Virus record (IMG/VR): IMGVR_UViG_3300028766_000027
Coordinates: 1 to 29,138 of that record
DNA from: a virus
Lineage: Duplodnaviria; Caudoviricetes
Direction: 5' to 3' (one strand)
DNA length: 29,138 nt
Both the position numbers and the translations under genes were made by a program. Position 1 is the first letter of the stretch; each line of letters starts with the position of its first letter. Below the pieces are notes generated by a model that saw nothing but the letters and a program-made list of their open reading frames with translations, was not told the DNA's origin and did no database searches. Below are positions 1 through 8,106 of this stretch, piece after piece.

Positions 1-2040
1 TTCCCGCGCCGAACGGTATTGCAGCGTATCGGACGGGTTAATGTCCATCCAGACTGGGGATGCGTATTGCTGCCATAGTTGGACCGGGAACTCTTCGGAC
101 GTGTGCCCTACGCGCTCCGGGTTTTCTCCCGGCTTCCGCATGGTCACAAGATAATCCGGCACCCCCTGACGGCTCATGCACGAGTCCTTGCGAATCTGCT
201 TATGGAGCAGCCCAAGGGCTTTGGTGCGCTGCATAGCGGTAACAGGGTCTTTCCAGATACAGACCTCGGAATGGTAGATGAATCCAGCCTCTTCAAATGC
301 GCGGATAATCTCGCCCCGAAAGTCCCTGATCCCGATAAACCCATTGCGGACTTTGGACGTGGGCAGGTTCATGCAATGGATGGAGACGAGTCGCCCCGGC
401 ATGAGTGCGCGGTACTGCTCGGCAATCAGGAACTTGTAATGCTGCCAAAACTCATCCGTATTCTTCGCGTTTCCCATGTCGCGCTCTGAATTGGAGTAGG
501 TGTAGAGCGATTCAAATGGTGGGGAGTAGACAGAATAGTGGATGCTGTTCTCGGGAAGCTCCCGCGCCAGTTCTACGCAATCGGCAAGGTGCATCTCCCA
601 ATCGTCTTCTTTATTGCACTCCCGCTCGTAAGTTGAGACGCTCCGCACCGTGCCGTGCAAGTTCATCCGCGTCAAGTCCTGCATGTTGGCTTGCATCTCT
701 TCCGCCATGTTCTCAGCCTCTCTTTCTTTCCGTTTCAGGTTTTCGAGTACGTTTCCCTCTGTCGATGCGGCGATGATGTGAACGTGAACGGGCTCGGTTT
801 GCCCGAATCGCCAGCAACGGCGGATTGCCTGAAAGAACTGCTCCCATGAGTCATTTACCCCGGCGAATATCATGTGCGAGCAAACCTGATAGTTCACTCC
901 AAACCCCAGGATTGAAGCCTTGCTCACCATCACGGGAATCTCGCCTTGTGCGAACTCCAAGGAAAGACGCGCTTTCTCTTCTGGTGGATCTGAGCCGGTC
1001 AATTCAACCGAATCAGGGATGGCCGCATTGATGGCCTCGCTCTCCCGATTAAGATTGCACCAAATCAGCCAAGTCTCTTCCGGCTCCGCTTCCACGATCC
1101 GCACAACTTCCCTCACGCGATCATCCACAGTGGAACGTCTCGCAGCCAGCCTCTCGCCTAACGTCTCCGCTGGCATAGCGAACAGCATCCCTTCGCTCGG
1201 CGTGTCCACGTCCACGATGTGCTCGTGATATCGAAGCGGGGGCAAAATGAACGGCCCATCGTCGTAACCCACGTCTGACGGCTTGCGAATGTTGACGGCC
1301 CATGAGCAAACCCACTTCCAGAACTCCGTGCGGGCATGGCCTTTGAGTCGCCACTTCTGCGTCTCCCCCCCATCGTGTGTAAAGAACATCGAGAGCATCT
1401 CAGTCGCGGTCATAACCCCTAGGAACTCCGCGTGGTTGCCTAGTTCCATGTGATCGTTCGGGGCTGGGGTCGCCGTCGCCGCCAATTTGTATGGGGTGTC
1501 GCGGAAGGTGTCAATCAGTGCTTGCCGTGTTGCCCCGTCGAACGATTTCAATATGCTCGATTCGTCCAGCACCACCCCGGAATAATCCTCCGCATCGAAG
1601 TGCTCCAACCGCTCGTAGTTTGTGACCACGATATGCTCATCTGCTGCGTCTTCGGGATGTTTGCAGTATTTAGTGTGGATGCCGAACTTCTGGCCCTCTG
1701 TGACCATCTGGTAGGCCACGGCGAGCGGGGCCAACAGCAGTACCGGCACCCCAGTATGTTCGTAGACGCATCGCGCCCACTCCAACTCAATCAAGCTCTT
1801 TCCCATGCCCGTGCCCAGAAACGCAGCCGCACGGCCCAGGCGCAATGCCCACCCCGTCACGTCGCGCTGGTGCGGGAACATCGCAGGGCACAGCGGAGGC
1901 ACTTCGGTAAGGCCGGAGACAACCGGCGTGAATCGCTTGGCCTCGAGGAACTTGTCGTATTCTCCCCACTGGCGTTGCATGGGTAGAATCATCTCGGCCC
2001 CCATGACCGTATCGTGCGATGTGATTACCATTTCCCTCAT
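1..2040 (-). CDS. SNF2/SF2-like helicase fused to an N4/N6 DNA methyltransferase (3' end beyond window)
   Basis: Not in ORF track because it runs off the edge; translated by hand. ATG at 2040 overlaps the TGA of the upstream helicase (ATGA). Helicase motifs: FPHQ, FLGTGMGKS (Walker A), VVLDESS (Walker B), ATATPAPND, QAIRRCWRFGQ. Continues in frame into LADCVE...YSVYSPPF (MTase motif IV) and IWKDP. Confidence 0.9.
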   Translation of the reverse strand, partial: MREMVITSHDTVMGAEMILPMQRQWGEYDKFLEAKRFTPVVSGLTEVPPLCPAMFPHQRDVTGWALRLGRAAAFLGTGMGKSLIELEWARCVYEHTGVPVLLLAPLAVAYQMVTEGQKFGIHTKYCKHPEDAADEHIVVTNYERLEHFDAEDYSGVVLDESSILKSFDGATRQALIDTFRDTPYKLAATATPAPNDHMELGNHAEFLGVMTATEMLSMFFTHDGGETQKWRLKGHARTEFWKWVCSWAVNIRKPSDVGYDDGPFILPPLRYHEHIVDVDTPSEGMLFAMPAETLGERLAARRSTVDDRVREVVRIVEAEPEETWLIWCNLNRESEAINAAIPDSVELTGSDPPEEKARLSLEFAQGEIPVMVSKASILGFGVNYQVCSHMIFAGVNDSWEQFFQAIRRCWRFGQTEPVHVHIIAASTEGNVLENLKRKEREAENMAEEMQANMQDLTRMNLHGTVRSVSTYERECNKEDDWEMHLADCVELARELPENSIHYSVYSPPFESLYTYSNSERDMGNAKNTDEFWQHYKFLIAEQYRALMPGRLVSIHCMNLPTSKVRNGFIGIRDFRGEIIRAFEEAGFIYHSEVCIWKDPVTAMQRTKALGLLHKQIRKDSCMSRQGVPDYLVTMRKPGENPERVGHTSEEFPVQLWQQYASPVWMDINPSDTLQYRSARE

Positions 2041-3686
2041 GCGTTCACCCTCATCTGTGCTTTCTTGATATCAATCGCGTTAGATAATTGCGCTTTGGTG
2101 GTGCCGGGAGGAACTGTTATCCGAAGTATTCTCGCGAGTCCCAACTGCTTTTCTGTCGGCGGGTCTGGTCTGGTTCTCCATCGTGCATCCCGCGCCAGCA
2201 ACGGCTTCACGCCTCCATTGTCGAGCACCCACCGGTCTGCAAGGCTCATCGCTCCCGGCAAGTTCTGCGAAGTGAAGTCTGCTACCGCTTCCCCTACCTT
2301 CCCCTTCACTGCCCAGTCGCCGCGCAAGTCTTGAGCCACCTGCACGAGATCCCGACCCACTGCCAGCATGTACCCATCCGTAGATTTCCGCCACGCCAGT
2401 TCACTCAATCGCGCAATCTCTGGAGGGTAGTTGACTTGGAAAAGGGAGATGTTCTCTGCGATGCTCTTGAGTTGGTCGAGGCTCTTGATGTCCTGCACGT
2501 TGGCCGTTGGGAACTCAGCCGCCATCCGGTCGAGTTTTTGCTTCGCCTTCGAGTACGACTCGCCTTTCATGTCCAAGTCTTTTGGCAGTCCGAGCAGGGT
2601 AGAGATGGTCGTCAGGGAGTGCTTCTTACAGTTGTCCACGACATCAATCACGATGCAGTTTTCTTTCCCGTCGCAGATGCGAGTGCCGCGCCCGATCTGC
2701 TGGACATAGCGCAGTTCGCTTTTAGTCGGCGCCGCTGAGATGATGCACTGGATTTCAGGATCGTCGTAGCCAATGGCAAGGACGTTGCAGTTGCAAAGGA
2801 CTTTGTACTCCCCGGTCTTATGCCGGCGAATCTTTTCATGCCGCTGCGGGTCGTCTCCCCAAACCGCTTCCGCTGGCTCTCCATGGGCCGTGAACGCCGC
2901 CGCCAGATCGAGCGCGTGTTGCACGTCCACCGTGAACGCTAGGGTCCGTTTCCCGTAGGCAACCTTGTACCACTCTTTTACGATGATGGCGTTCCGCTCT
3001 GGAGTGTTGACAGACTTCTCTAGCTCATCCTGCGCGAAGTCTCCGAGCCGGGTCTTGATGCCGTCGAGCTTCGCGTTGCCGTCCACCCGGTATCCCACCA
3101 GATCGCACAGCCAGCCGTCGGCTATACCCTTCTGGATGCCCATGTCAAAGACGATCACATCGAACAGTTCCCGCAAGCCCTTGCCGTCTGAGCGGTTCGG
3201 CGTGGCGGTGATGCCGAGAAACAGCAGCCCGTCAGGGTTGGGCTCAAGTAGGCCGAAGTGGTCATAGACCCGCTTGAAGGAATCTGAGATGCCAATGTGC
3301 GCCTCGTCTTGGATGATGAAGTCGAAGTCGAAGGGATCGAAACGCCGGAGGCGATCCGATCCCTTTCTCCCTAATGTCGGCACCGACGCGATGATTATGT
3401 CTGGAGGATACAGGCCATCCATATCGACCCATGACCCTGCCATTTCTACCCCGATGCGGAGTTGCGGGTTGGCTTTCTGGAACGCCATCGATCCCTGAAC
3501 CGCCAGCGTTTCCATGTGAACTAAAAACATCCCCCGCTTGTGGAATCCGTGATACTCCCTAACGCGAGATGCCACCCGTGTTTTGCCGAGTCCGGTCGCC
3601 ATCACTATGAGTTGGCGGTTTAGGCCAGCTCGACGGTGCTTGACACTCGCCAGTAGACAATCCGACTGATAACCCCGATCTTCCAC
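2037..3686 (-). CDS. DEAH-box superfamily II helicase (YejH/IRC3-like)
   Basis: RGYQ, MATGLGKT, QDEAH, ITATPNRSD, LAIGYDDP, QQIGRGTR. Start set at GTG 3686 just after the upstream stop; the track gives 3716. Confidence 0.9.
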   Translation of the reverse strand: MEDRGYQSDCLLASVKHRRAGLNRQLIVMATGLGKTRVASRVREYHGFHKRGMFLVHMETLAVQGSMAFQKANPQLRIGVEMAGSWVDMDGLYPPDIIIASVPTLGRKGSDRLRRFDPFDFDFIIQDEAHIGISDSFKRVYDHFGLLEPNPDGLLFLGITATPNRSDGKGLRELFDVIVFDMGIQKGIADGWLCDLVGYRVDGNAKLDGIKTRLGDFAQDELEKSVNTPERNAIIVKEWYKVAYGKRTLAFTVDVQHALDLAAAFTAHGEPAEAVWGDDPQRHEKIRRHKTGEYKVLCNCNVLAIGYDDPEIQCIISAAPTKSELRYVQQIGRGTRICDGKENCIVIDVVDNCKKHSLTTISTLLGLPKDLDMKGESYSKAKQKLDRMAAEFPTANVQDIKSLDQLKSIAENISLFQVNYPPEIARLSELAWRKSTDGYMLAVGRDLVQVAQDLRGDWAVKGKVGEAVADFTSQNLPGAMSLADRWVLDNGGVKPLLARDARWRTRPDPPTEKQLGLARILRITVPPGTTKAQLSNAIDIKKAQMRVNA

Positions 3687-3688
3687 GC

Positions 3689-4699
3689 CTACCCCACAAT
3701 GATCTTTGATTCCCACACCCGGATTGCGCCGGAGCCCACGAGAGTTTCCGCCGCCTTGTTCATCGACCTCACCAACTGGCCGATTTCCTTTTCCTTCGGC
3801 GTGATGAATTCAGCCTTGAGCTTGGTAGCATCCACCATCTCCCAGTTCCACTTTGTCCGAAAGGACGTTCCCTGAATCTCTGGAACGGTTGACGGCAACA
3901 CCACCGGAGCAACTTCGAGATTTACAGCCTCTTCCAGAATCTCCTCTGCGGCGGCTGCGTTGCCCGTAGCGGCGACTTGACGGGCTTCCTCCATCAATCG
4001 GGTCTGTTCCCGCTCGTAAGCCTCTTGCTGGGCCTTCTGCGCGGCTTCACGGCGCATCCGCTCCTGTTCCGCGGCGAATCCCTCACGCTCGGTCTTGAGG
4101 CGCTTCACTTCGCCCTCGGCCGCCTCCAGGTTGTCGCCCCGGAGCTTAGTCACCGTCCTGTGCGCCTTGAACAGTCCAGCCGCGAACGGTTCAAAGAGTT
4201 CGGTGATCTCATCCACCACGGACTTGAGCGCCTGAGTCTGCTCGGTGGCCGCGCGGTAGTTGGAATCGTCAGGGTCGTTGCGCCCGACCTTGATGGCCTT
4301 GGACTGGACAACAAGAGCCTCGCTCATGGAGACGAGTGACTTGAGTTCGGGGAGTGACTTGAAAAAGGATTCAATCTGATTCTTCAAGTCAACTTGCAAG
4401 CTTGTCGCCTGCGCTTCGATGGAGACAAGTGATGTGGACATGGTTTCAGCCTTTCGTGTTGCGCTGTTGCCGATATGGATTCCGTGGCAGAGTTGGCAGC
4501 GATAAGAGCGGGGAAACATCCCGTCTATCAGGGGCAGAGAATCAACTACTGGTTTCGCTTCTTCGTGGCTGGAGTAAACCACTTTCCCTTGGCACCCGCG
4601 AACGATTCTTTTGCGCTGCTCTTTCGACAGGTGAGCTATCGGCTTCCGGCCCACCGTCTCGTACCACTTAATCCATTCGCGGTTGGTAATCGTGTTCAT
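3689..4699 (-). CDS. Recombination-module protein: N-terminal small Cys/His domain plus coiled-coil C-terminal part; probable internal start at 4441
   Basis: N-term CQGKVVY...YRCQLCHGIH. C-term has an Ala/Glu-rich coiled coil and a GTSFRTKWNWEMVD motif typical of phage genes near recombinases. AAAGG lies 8 nt before ATG 4441. Confidence 0.6.
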   Translation of the reverse strand: MNTITNREWIKWYETVGRKPIAHLSKEQRKRIVRGCQGKVVYSSHEEAKPVVDSLPLIDGMFPRSYRCQLCHGIHIGNSATRKAETMSTSLVSIEAQATSLQVDLKNQIESFFKSLPELKSLVSMSEALVVQSKAIKVGRNDPDDSNYRAATEQTQALKSVVDEITELFEPFAAGLFKAHRTVTKLRGDNLEAAEGEVKRLKTEREGFAAEQERMRREAAQKAQQEAYEREQTRLMEEARQVAATGNAAAAEEILEEAVNLEVAPVVLPSTVPEIQGTSFRTKWNWEMVDATKLKAEFITPKEKEIGQLVRSMNKAAETLVGSGAIRVWESKIIVG

Positions 4700-5373
4700 T
4701 TCAAGAGTTTCTGGTTAATGCGGAACTGCGTCAACATCAACGCAGCCAAGAAGATTTTCTCGTCCTGCCGGTCCTCATGCTCTTGCGCGAAGTAGAACTT
4801 CCCAACACCGTTCGGCTTGTCTAAGAGGTACACCGCCATGCGCTTGCACGACACCGAACCGTCGCCCCGGAACGGAATGGCTTGGCCGGCAGTCTGGATT
4901 TGGTGGCTTGGCTCCCGGTCACAGCACGTTTTCAACTCGACTACGGCTGGGATCGCTGCACCGCTGGCGTCCTTGGGTCCGAGAAAGCCGAAGCGGTCAA
5001 TCGTCATGGCGTAGGTCATGCCGTTCACGCGAACCGCGCAAGGCTCCTCAATCCAGTTGGGGTCGGGAGTGAAGTGAAAGTCTTCGCAGAACTGCACCCA
5101 GCCCTTGAGACGCGGCCCGTACTTCGGATGGTTGATCAGCTTCGTCCAGTCTTCCGGCTCCAGGTCGTCCTGGTCATGCAACGCGGTGTACTCGTGAACC
5201 CGAGTACCGAACGCCGCCTTGTTTGCCAGCACGTCAGGAGCGACGGCTGAGTAGTCCACGAGGCCAGCCGCACCGAGGATTTGCGTCAGGCTGATGAGTG
5301 GCTTGCCTTGGAGATGGTACTTGTGGCCATTGGGTTCAAACGTGAGGCCGTCTTCTGCGCGAAAGAATTCCAT
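4696..5373 (-). CDS. PD-(D/E)XK (Cas4/YqaJ-like) exonuclease
   Basis: HKY...SLTQIL, FGTRVH, E...YAMTIDR, VELKT, QIQTAGQ. GGAGG RBS and TGATG coupling at 5373. This is the distal part of the 351-aa track ORF. Confidence 0.8.
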   Translation of the reverse strand: MEFFRAEDGLTFEPNGHKYHLQGKPLISLTQILGAAGLVDYSAVAPDVLANKAAFGTRVHEYTALHDQDDLEPEDWTKLINHPKYGPRLKGWVQFCEDFHFTPDPNWIEEPCAVRVNGMTYAMTIDRFGFLGPKDASGAAIPAVVELKTCCDREPSHQIQTAGQAIPFRGDGSVSCKRMAVYLLDKPNGVGKFYFAQEHEDRQDEKIFLAALMLTQFRINQKLLK

Positions 5374-5531
5374 CAGTCCGCCTCCCGTGCTGCCAGCATT
5401 GCATCGGCTATCCGGTACGCTGCTGCGTATATACCGTCCGTATCCCCCCGATAGTTCTGCATGAGTGCTGCCAACGCCACCATCGCAAACTCGTCCCGCA
5501 GTGTTTTGTATGTTGGTTCCGGTGCTTCCAT
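5373..5531 (-). CDS. Small conserved phage protein (52 aa, LRDEFAM...AYRIADAMLAAR type)
   Basis: AGGAGG RBS before ATG 5531. Motif is widespread in phage early regions. Its TGA overlaps the nuclease ATG. Confidence 0.8.
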   Translation of the reverse strand: MEAPEPTYKTLRDEFAMVALAALMQNYRGDTDGIYAAAYRIADAMLAAREAD

Positions 5532-5751
5532 TTGGTTCCTCCTGTGGGTCTTCGATCTTGGTGTAAGGGAACTTTCCCTTGATGGCTTTTTGGTAGTAGC
5601 TGTAGGCGAAGGGAACACGCCGCAGAGATAGAAACACATCCTCTGGAACTCCAGTGTGCTCCCCTTCGCCTTTCCGCCATCGGCACCGCAGAGTCCCGTC
5701 TTCCCACCCTACGGCGATGAGTTGATGGTTGGGGTCTCGGACGCCGTGCAT
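5532..5751 (-). CDS. Divergent KTSC-like domain (no stop of its own; frame stays open to 4696)
   Basis: IAVGWEDGTLRCRW...HTGVPEDVFLSL...SYYQKAIKGKFPY matches the KTSC pattern. GAGG RBS before ATG 5751. Confidence 0.65.
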
Positions 5752-5756
5752 CTGCC

Positions 5757-5990
5757 TCAGAATGGAACCTTGGTAAACGGAAAGCTGACTGGATCGTTCT
5801 TGATATGCTCAGCGAAGAATTGGCCGACGCTGACCGCGCCCACCAGCCCCTCGTGGAGCTTGTCTGAGACGTTCTGGTAGTGGTACTCGGACGGTCCCTT
5901 CTTGGACTTGAACCGGATGCCAAGCGTGTTGGTTTCGGGGTCGTGTGCCACGGCCTCAATCTGCGAAGATTCAACTGCCTTGTATTTCAT
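5757..5990 (-). CDS. KTSC domain protein
   Basis: VESSQIEAVAHD...LGIRF...YHYQNV...SVGQFFAEHIK is the canonical KTSC pattern. Confidence 0.9.
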   Translation of the reverse strand: MKYKAVESSQIEAVAHDPETNTLGIRFKSKKGPSEYHYQNVSDKLHEGLVGAVSVGQFFAEHIKNDPVSFPFTKVPF

Positions 5991-6004
5991 TGCCGGATTT
6001 TCCT

Positions 6005-6970
6005 TTACTTGTTTTGGTGAAAGCGAAATTCAGGATCGAGCAGATCGATTGCCTGGTTGTAAATCCGCTTCGGCATCTCATCCCGGCTTCCATTCCAGCC
6101 GAGACTTGCCAACTGCCGAGCCGACTGCTCATCCGTAACCGATACTGACTTCATGATGGCGAAGTAGCGATTCGATTGCGGCTTGCTGATGGGAAGTTCA
6201 AACTTCCCAGGTTGCAGGACCTCGCCCTCGGGAAAGACACCGGAAAGGTTTTGCTCCGGGCCCTGGGAGTCTGCTGGCTGCGTCGATGGGGCTTGGGTGG
6301 AGGGTTGAGCACCCTTGCGACTGCGGGGCGTAATTACGGGCTCGGAGTCGTCGTGCGATATTGCACTAGCCGGAGGCTGCACTTTCGGCATGACCGACGC
6401 AGGGGTGACGGCTTGAGGGTGAGGGCTTGAGTTGTTCCCATCATCGTCTGTTCCGCCTACAGCCATGCCTGTGGCGGCAAGCAGCGTGTAACGTTCGAGG
6501 TATGTGACTGCCGACCCGATGGACTGGATAGCATTCTTTCCACCGGAACTGTCAGCCAATGACCGGAGGGTGGTTTCTTCACTGTGACCCTTCCGGTGCT
6601 TGAGGACGCAGGTGACACATATTTCGGTGGCATTCTGCTCGACCTTCCACCGATGGTTAATGCCAACTGCGCTCAATGCTGGGATGATGGTTGCGTTCAC
6701 GTTGTCCAGTGTCGCGTAGGCGTACTGAGTCGTGCCCTTCTGTGTCTCAAACTTCGCCGTTTGATTCTTGGCGATCCTGAGAACGGTTGACTTGAATTCG
6801 GCCATCGCGTTGTCGAACTCCTTGCGAGCCTCGTTCGCTTCCCACCGCTCTTTGAACTCCATAAGCTGCTGGAGTTTGTCGATGTCTGCGCCTTGGGTCA
6901 AGGCGATCCGAAGCATGTCCATCGGAGTTATGTCGCGCTCCGGTTGAAGAGTTACCAAATCTGTGCTCAT
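6005..6970 (-). CDS. erf: ERF-family single-strand annealing protein
   Basis: YAYATLD, VTCVLKHRKG, QSIGSAVTYLERYTLLAATG...DDDG. GAGGGG RBS before ATG 6970. Disordered P/Q/S linker and small C-terminal domain. Confidence 0.9.
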   Translation of the reverse strand: MSTDLVTLQPERDITPMDMLRIALTQGADIDKLQQLMEFKERWEANEARKEFDNAMAEFKSTVLRIAKNQTAKFETQKGTTQYAYATLDNVNATIIPALSAVGINHRWKVEQNATEICVTCVLKHRKGHSEETTLRSLADSSGGKNAIQSIGSAVTYLERYTLLAATGMAVGGTDDDGNNSSPHPQAVTPASVMPKVQPPASAISHDDSEPVITPRSRKGAQPSTQAPSTQPADSQGPEQNLSGVFPEGEVLQPGKFELPISKPQSNRYFAIMKSVSVTDEQSARQLASLGWNGSRDEMPKRIYNQAIDLLDPEFRFHQNK

Positions 6971-7106
6971 GTGTTTCCCCTCTTGAAGTGAATCCCGCCT
7001 GCCCAGTGACTTGTGCAAGGAGCCGGTCTCCGCTACGTTCCAAGCTAGGCTTCCACCTTTACGGGGGCGGGAATGTGGTTAGGCGTGAACGTCCACGCCG
7101 GCAGTT

Positions 7107-7388
7107 TCAGGAGTCTTGATCGTCGATCGTCTCCGGTGGCGGGTTCAGCCGCAAGTTCTCCGCTTCGACGGCAAAGGCGTAGTCTCCCGGATCGTCCTGA
7201 TTGTTGTTGACGGTGAGGGCGAGGAATTTTGCCGCCATCGCACACTTCTTCCTGCCGTAGGGGCCGTGGTAGATGTTGAAGCACACCACCGTATGCAGAT
7301 ACGCCTCCAACTCATCCCGCAGCTTTGCGGTGTTGTCTGTGAGCGGCGTACCCTCTTCGATTGTTCCATCATCCTTGATAAACTTCAT
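7107..7388 (-). CDS. Hypothetical protein, first gene of the leftward operon
   Basis: AAGGGAG RBS before ATG 7388, directly downstream of a predicted promoter. Confidence 0.65.
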   Translation of the reverse strand: MKFIKDDGTIEEGTPLTDNTAKLRDELEAYLHTVVCFNIYHGPYGRKKCAMAAKFLALTVNNNQDDPGDYAFAVEAENLRLNPPPETIDDQDS

Positions 7389-7410
7389 TGCCGAACTCCC
7401 TTCTTTACGG

Positions 7411-7477
7411 ATTAAAACATGAGCCGCGTGGGATTGCAAGAAGTTTCTTGCTTTTATTTTGGTGGTGTGTTTATATA
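7411..7477. promoter_or_regulatory. Back-to-back sigma70-type promoters with a palindromic operator candidate
   Basis: Minus strand: TTGCAA (7439-7434)-N17-TTTAAT (7416-7411). Plus strand: TTGCTT (7448-7453) with AT-rich -10 region at 7471-7477. Inverted repeat GCAAGAA-GT-TTCTTGC (7436-7451) overlaps both -35 boxes. Confidence 0.65.
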
Positions 7478-7482
7478 GGTCC

Positions 7483-7740
7483 ATGAAGAAGCAACGGCGT
7501 TCCTACACTCACGGTGAAGCGCAGCGGGTGCTAGTAAACTGGCTCACTGAGCGCGGCATGTCATCAACCACCTTCCAGCGGTGGCTTTCGGGGCACGGCA
7601 TCGAGATTACCCGAACCTATTGCGATGCCATGACGAATCAGAAGTTGAGCCCCGGACCGAAGTTCAAACAGGTGTTCCGCGAGATAACCGGCATCCAGCT
7701 TGTCGATGGGCTGGTAGAGGACGAGCACCGAGAGGCATGA
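7483..7740 (+). CDS. Cro/XRE-like HTH regulator, probably leaderless
   Basis: 85 aa, LVNWLTERGMSSTTFQRWL...PGPKF resembles an XRE fold. First gene at a divergent promoter; no RBS before ATG 7483. Confidence 0.55.
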   Translation: MKKQRRSYTHGEAQRVLVNWLTERGMSSTTFQRWLSGHGIEITRTYCDAMTNQKLSPGPKFKQVFREITGIQLVDGLVEDEHREA

Positions 7741-7750
7741 GGAGGACGGC

Positions 7751-8068
7751 ATGAGCGAGAAAGCGATGCGAAAGAGTCGTAAGGGAATACGCGAGATAGG
7801 GTGGGGATACAACGCATCCGATGATGAAAGTTGCATCTACGATAATGGCCATCTGGACAGGGCGAAGTTTATCACTGACATTCAACTTGCGCCCGGACTT
7901 GACACTCCGAAAGACGTGCTTATTCGCTTGACCGTGAGTGACGTGAAGCACATGCGTTTCAGGCCGATGAGTCCATCCGAGGCGAAAGCATGGGGCGGGG
8001 ACTGGGGCGTGATGGACTGCACCGAAGAAGGACGTGGATACCCGGTGACAGCCGTGATCTTGGAATAG
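7751..8068 (+). CDS. Hypothetical protein
   Basis: GAGGAGG RBS; fills the operon gap. Confidence 0.7.
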   Translation: MSEKAMRKSRKGIREIGWGYNASDDESCIYDNGHLDRAKFITDIQLAPGLDTPKDVLIRLTVSDVKHMRFRPMSPSEAKAWGGDWGVMDCTEEGRGYPVTAVILE

Positions 8069-8106
8069 CATGGCATGAAGTAAGGCGCAACCAAGGAGGG
8101 GAAAGC

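Noticed and set aside
79-1986. Several plus-strand ORFs in the track
   Set aside because: Shadows of the minus-strand helicase-MTase gene.
4696-5373. CRISPR-associated Cas4 or CRISPR array
   Set aside because: No repeat-spacer array or other cas genes seen; the context is a phage recombination module.
3689-5751. Alternative genetic code explaining the read-through ORFs
   Set aside because: TAA, TAG and TGA all terminate well-supported genes, and no conserved gene is interrupted.
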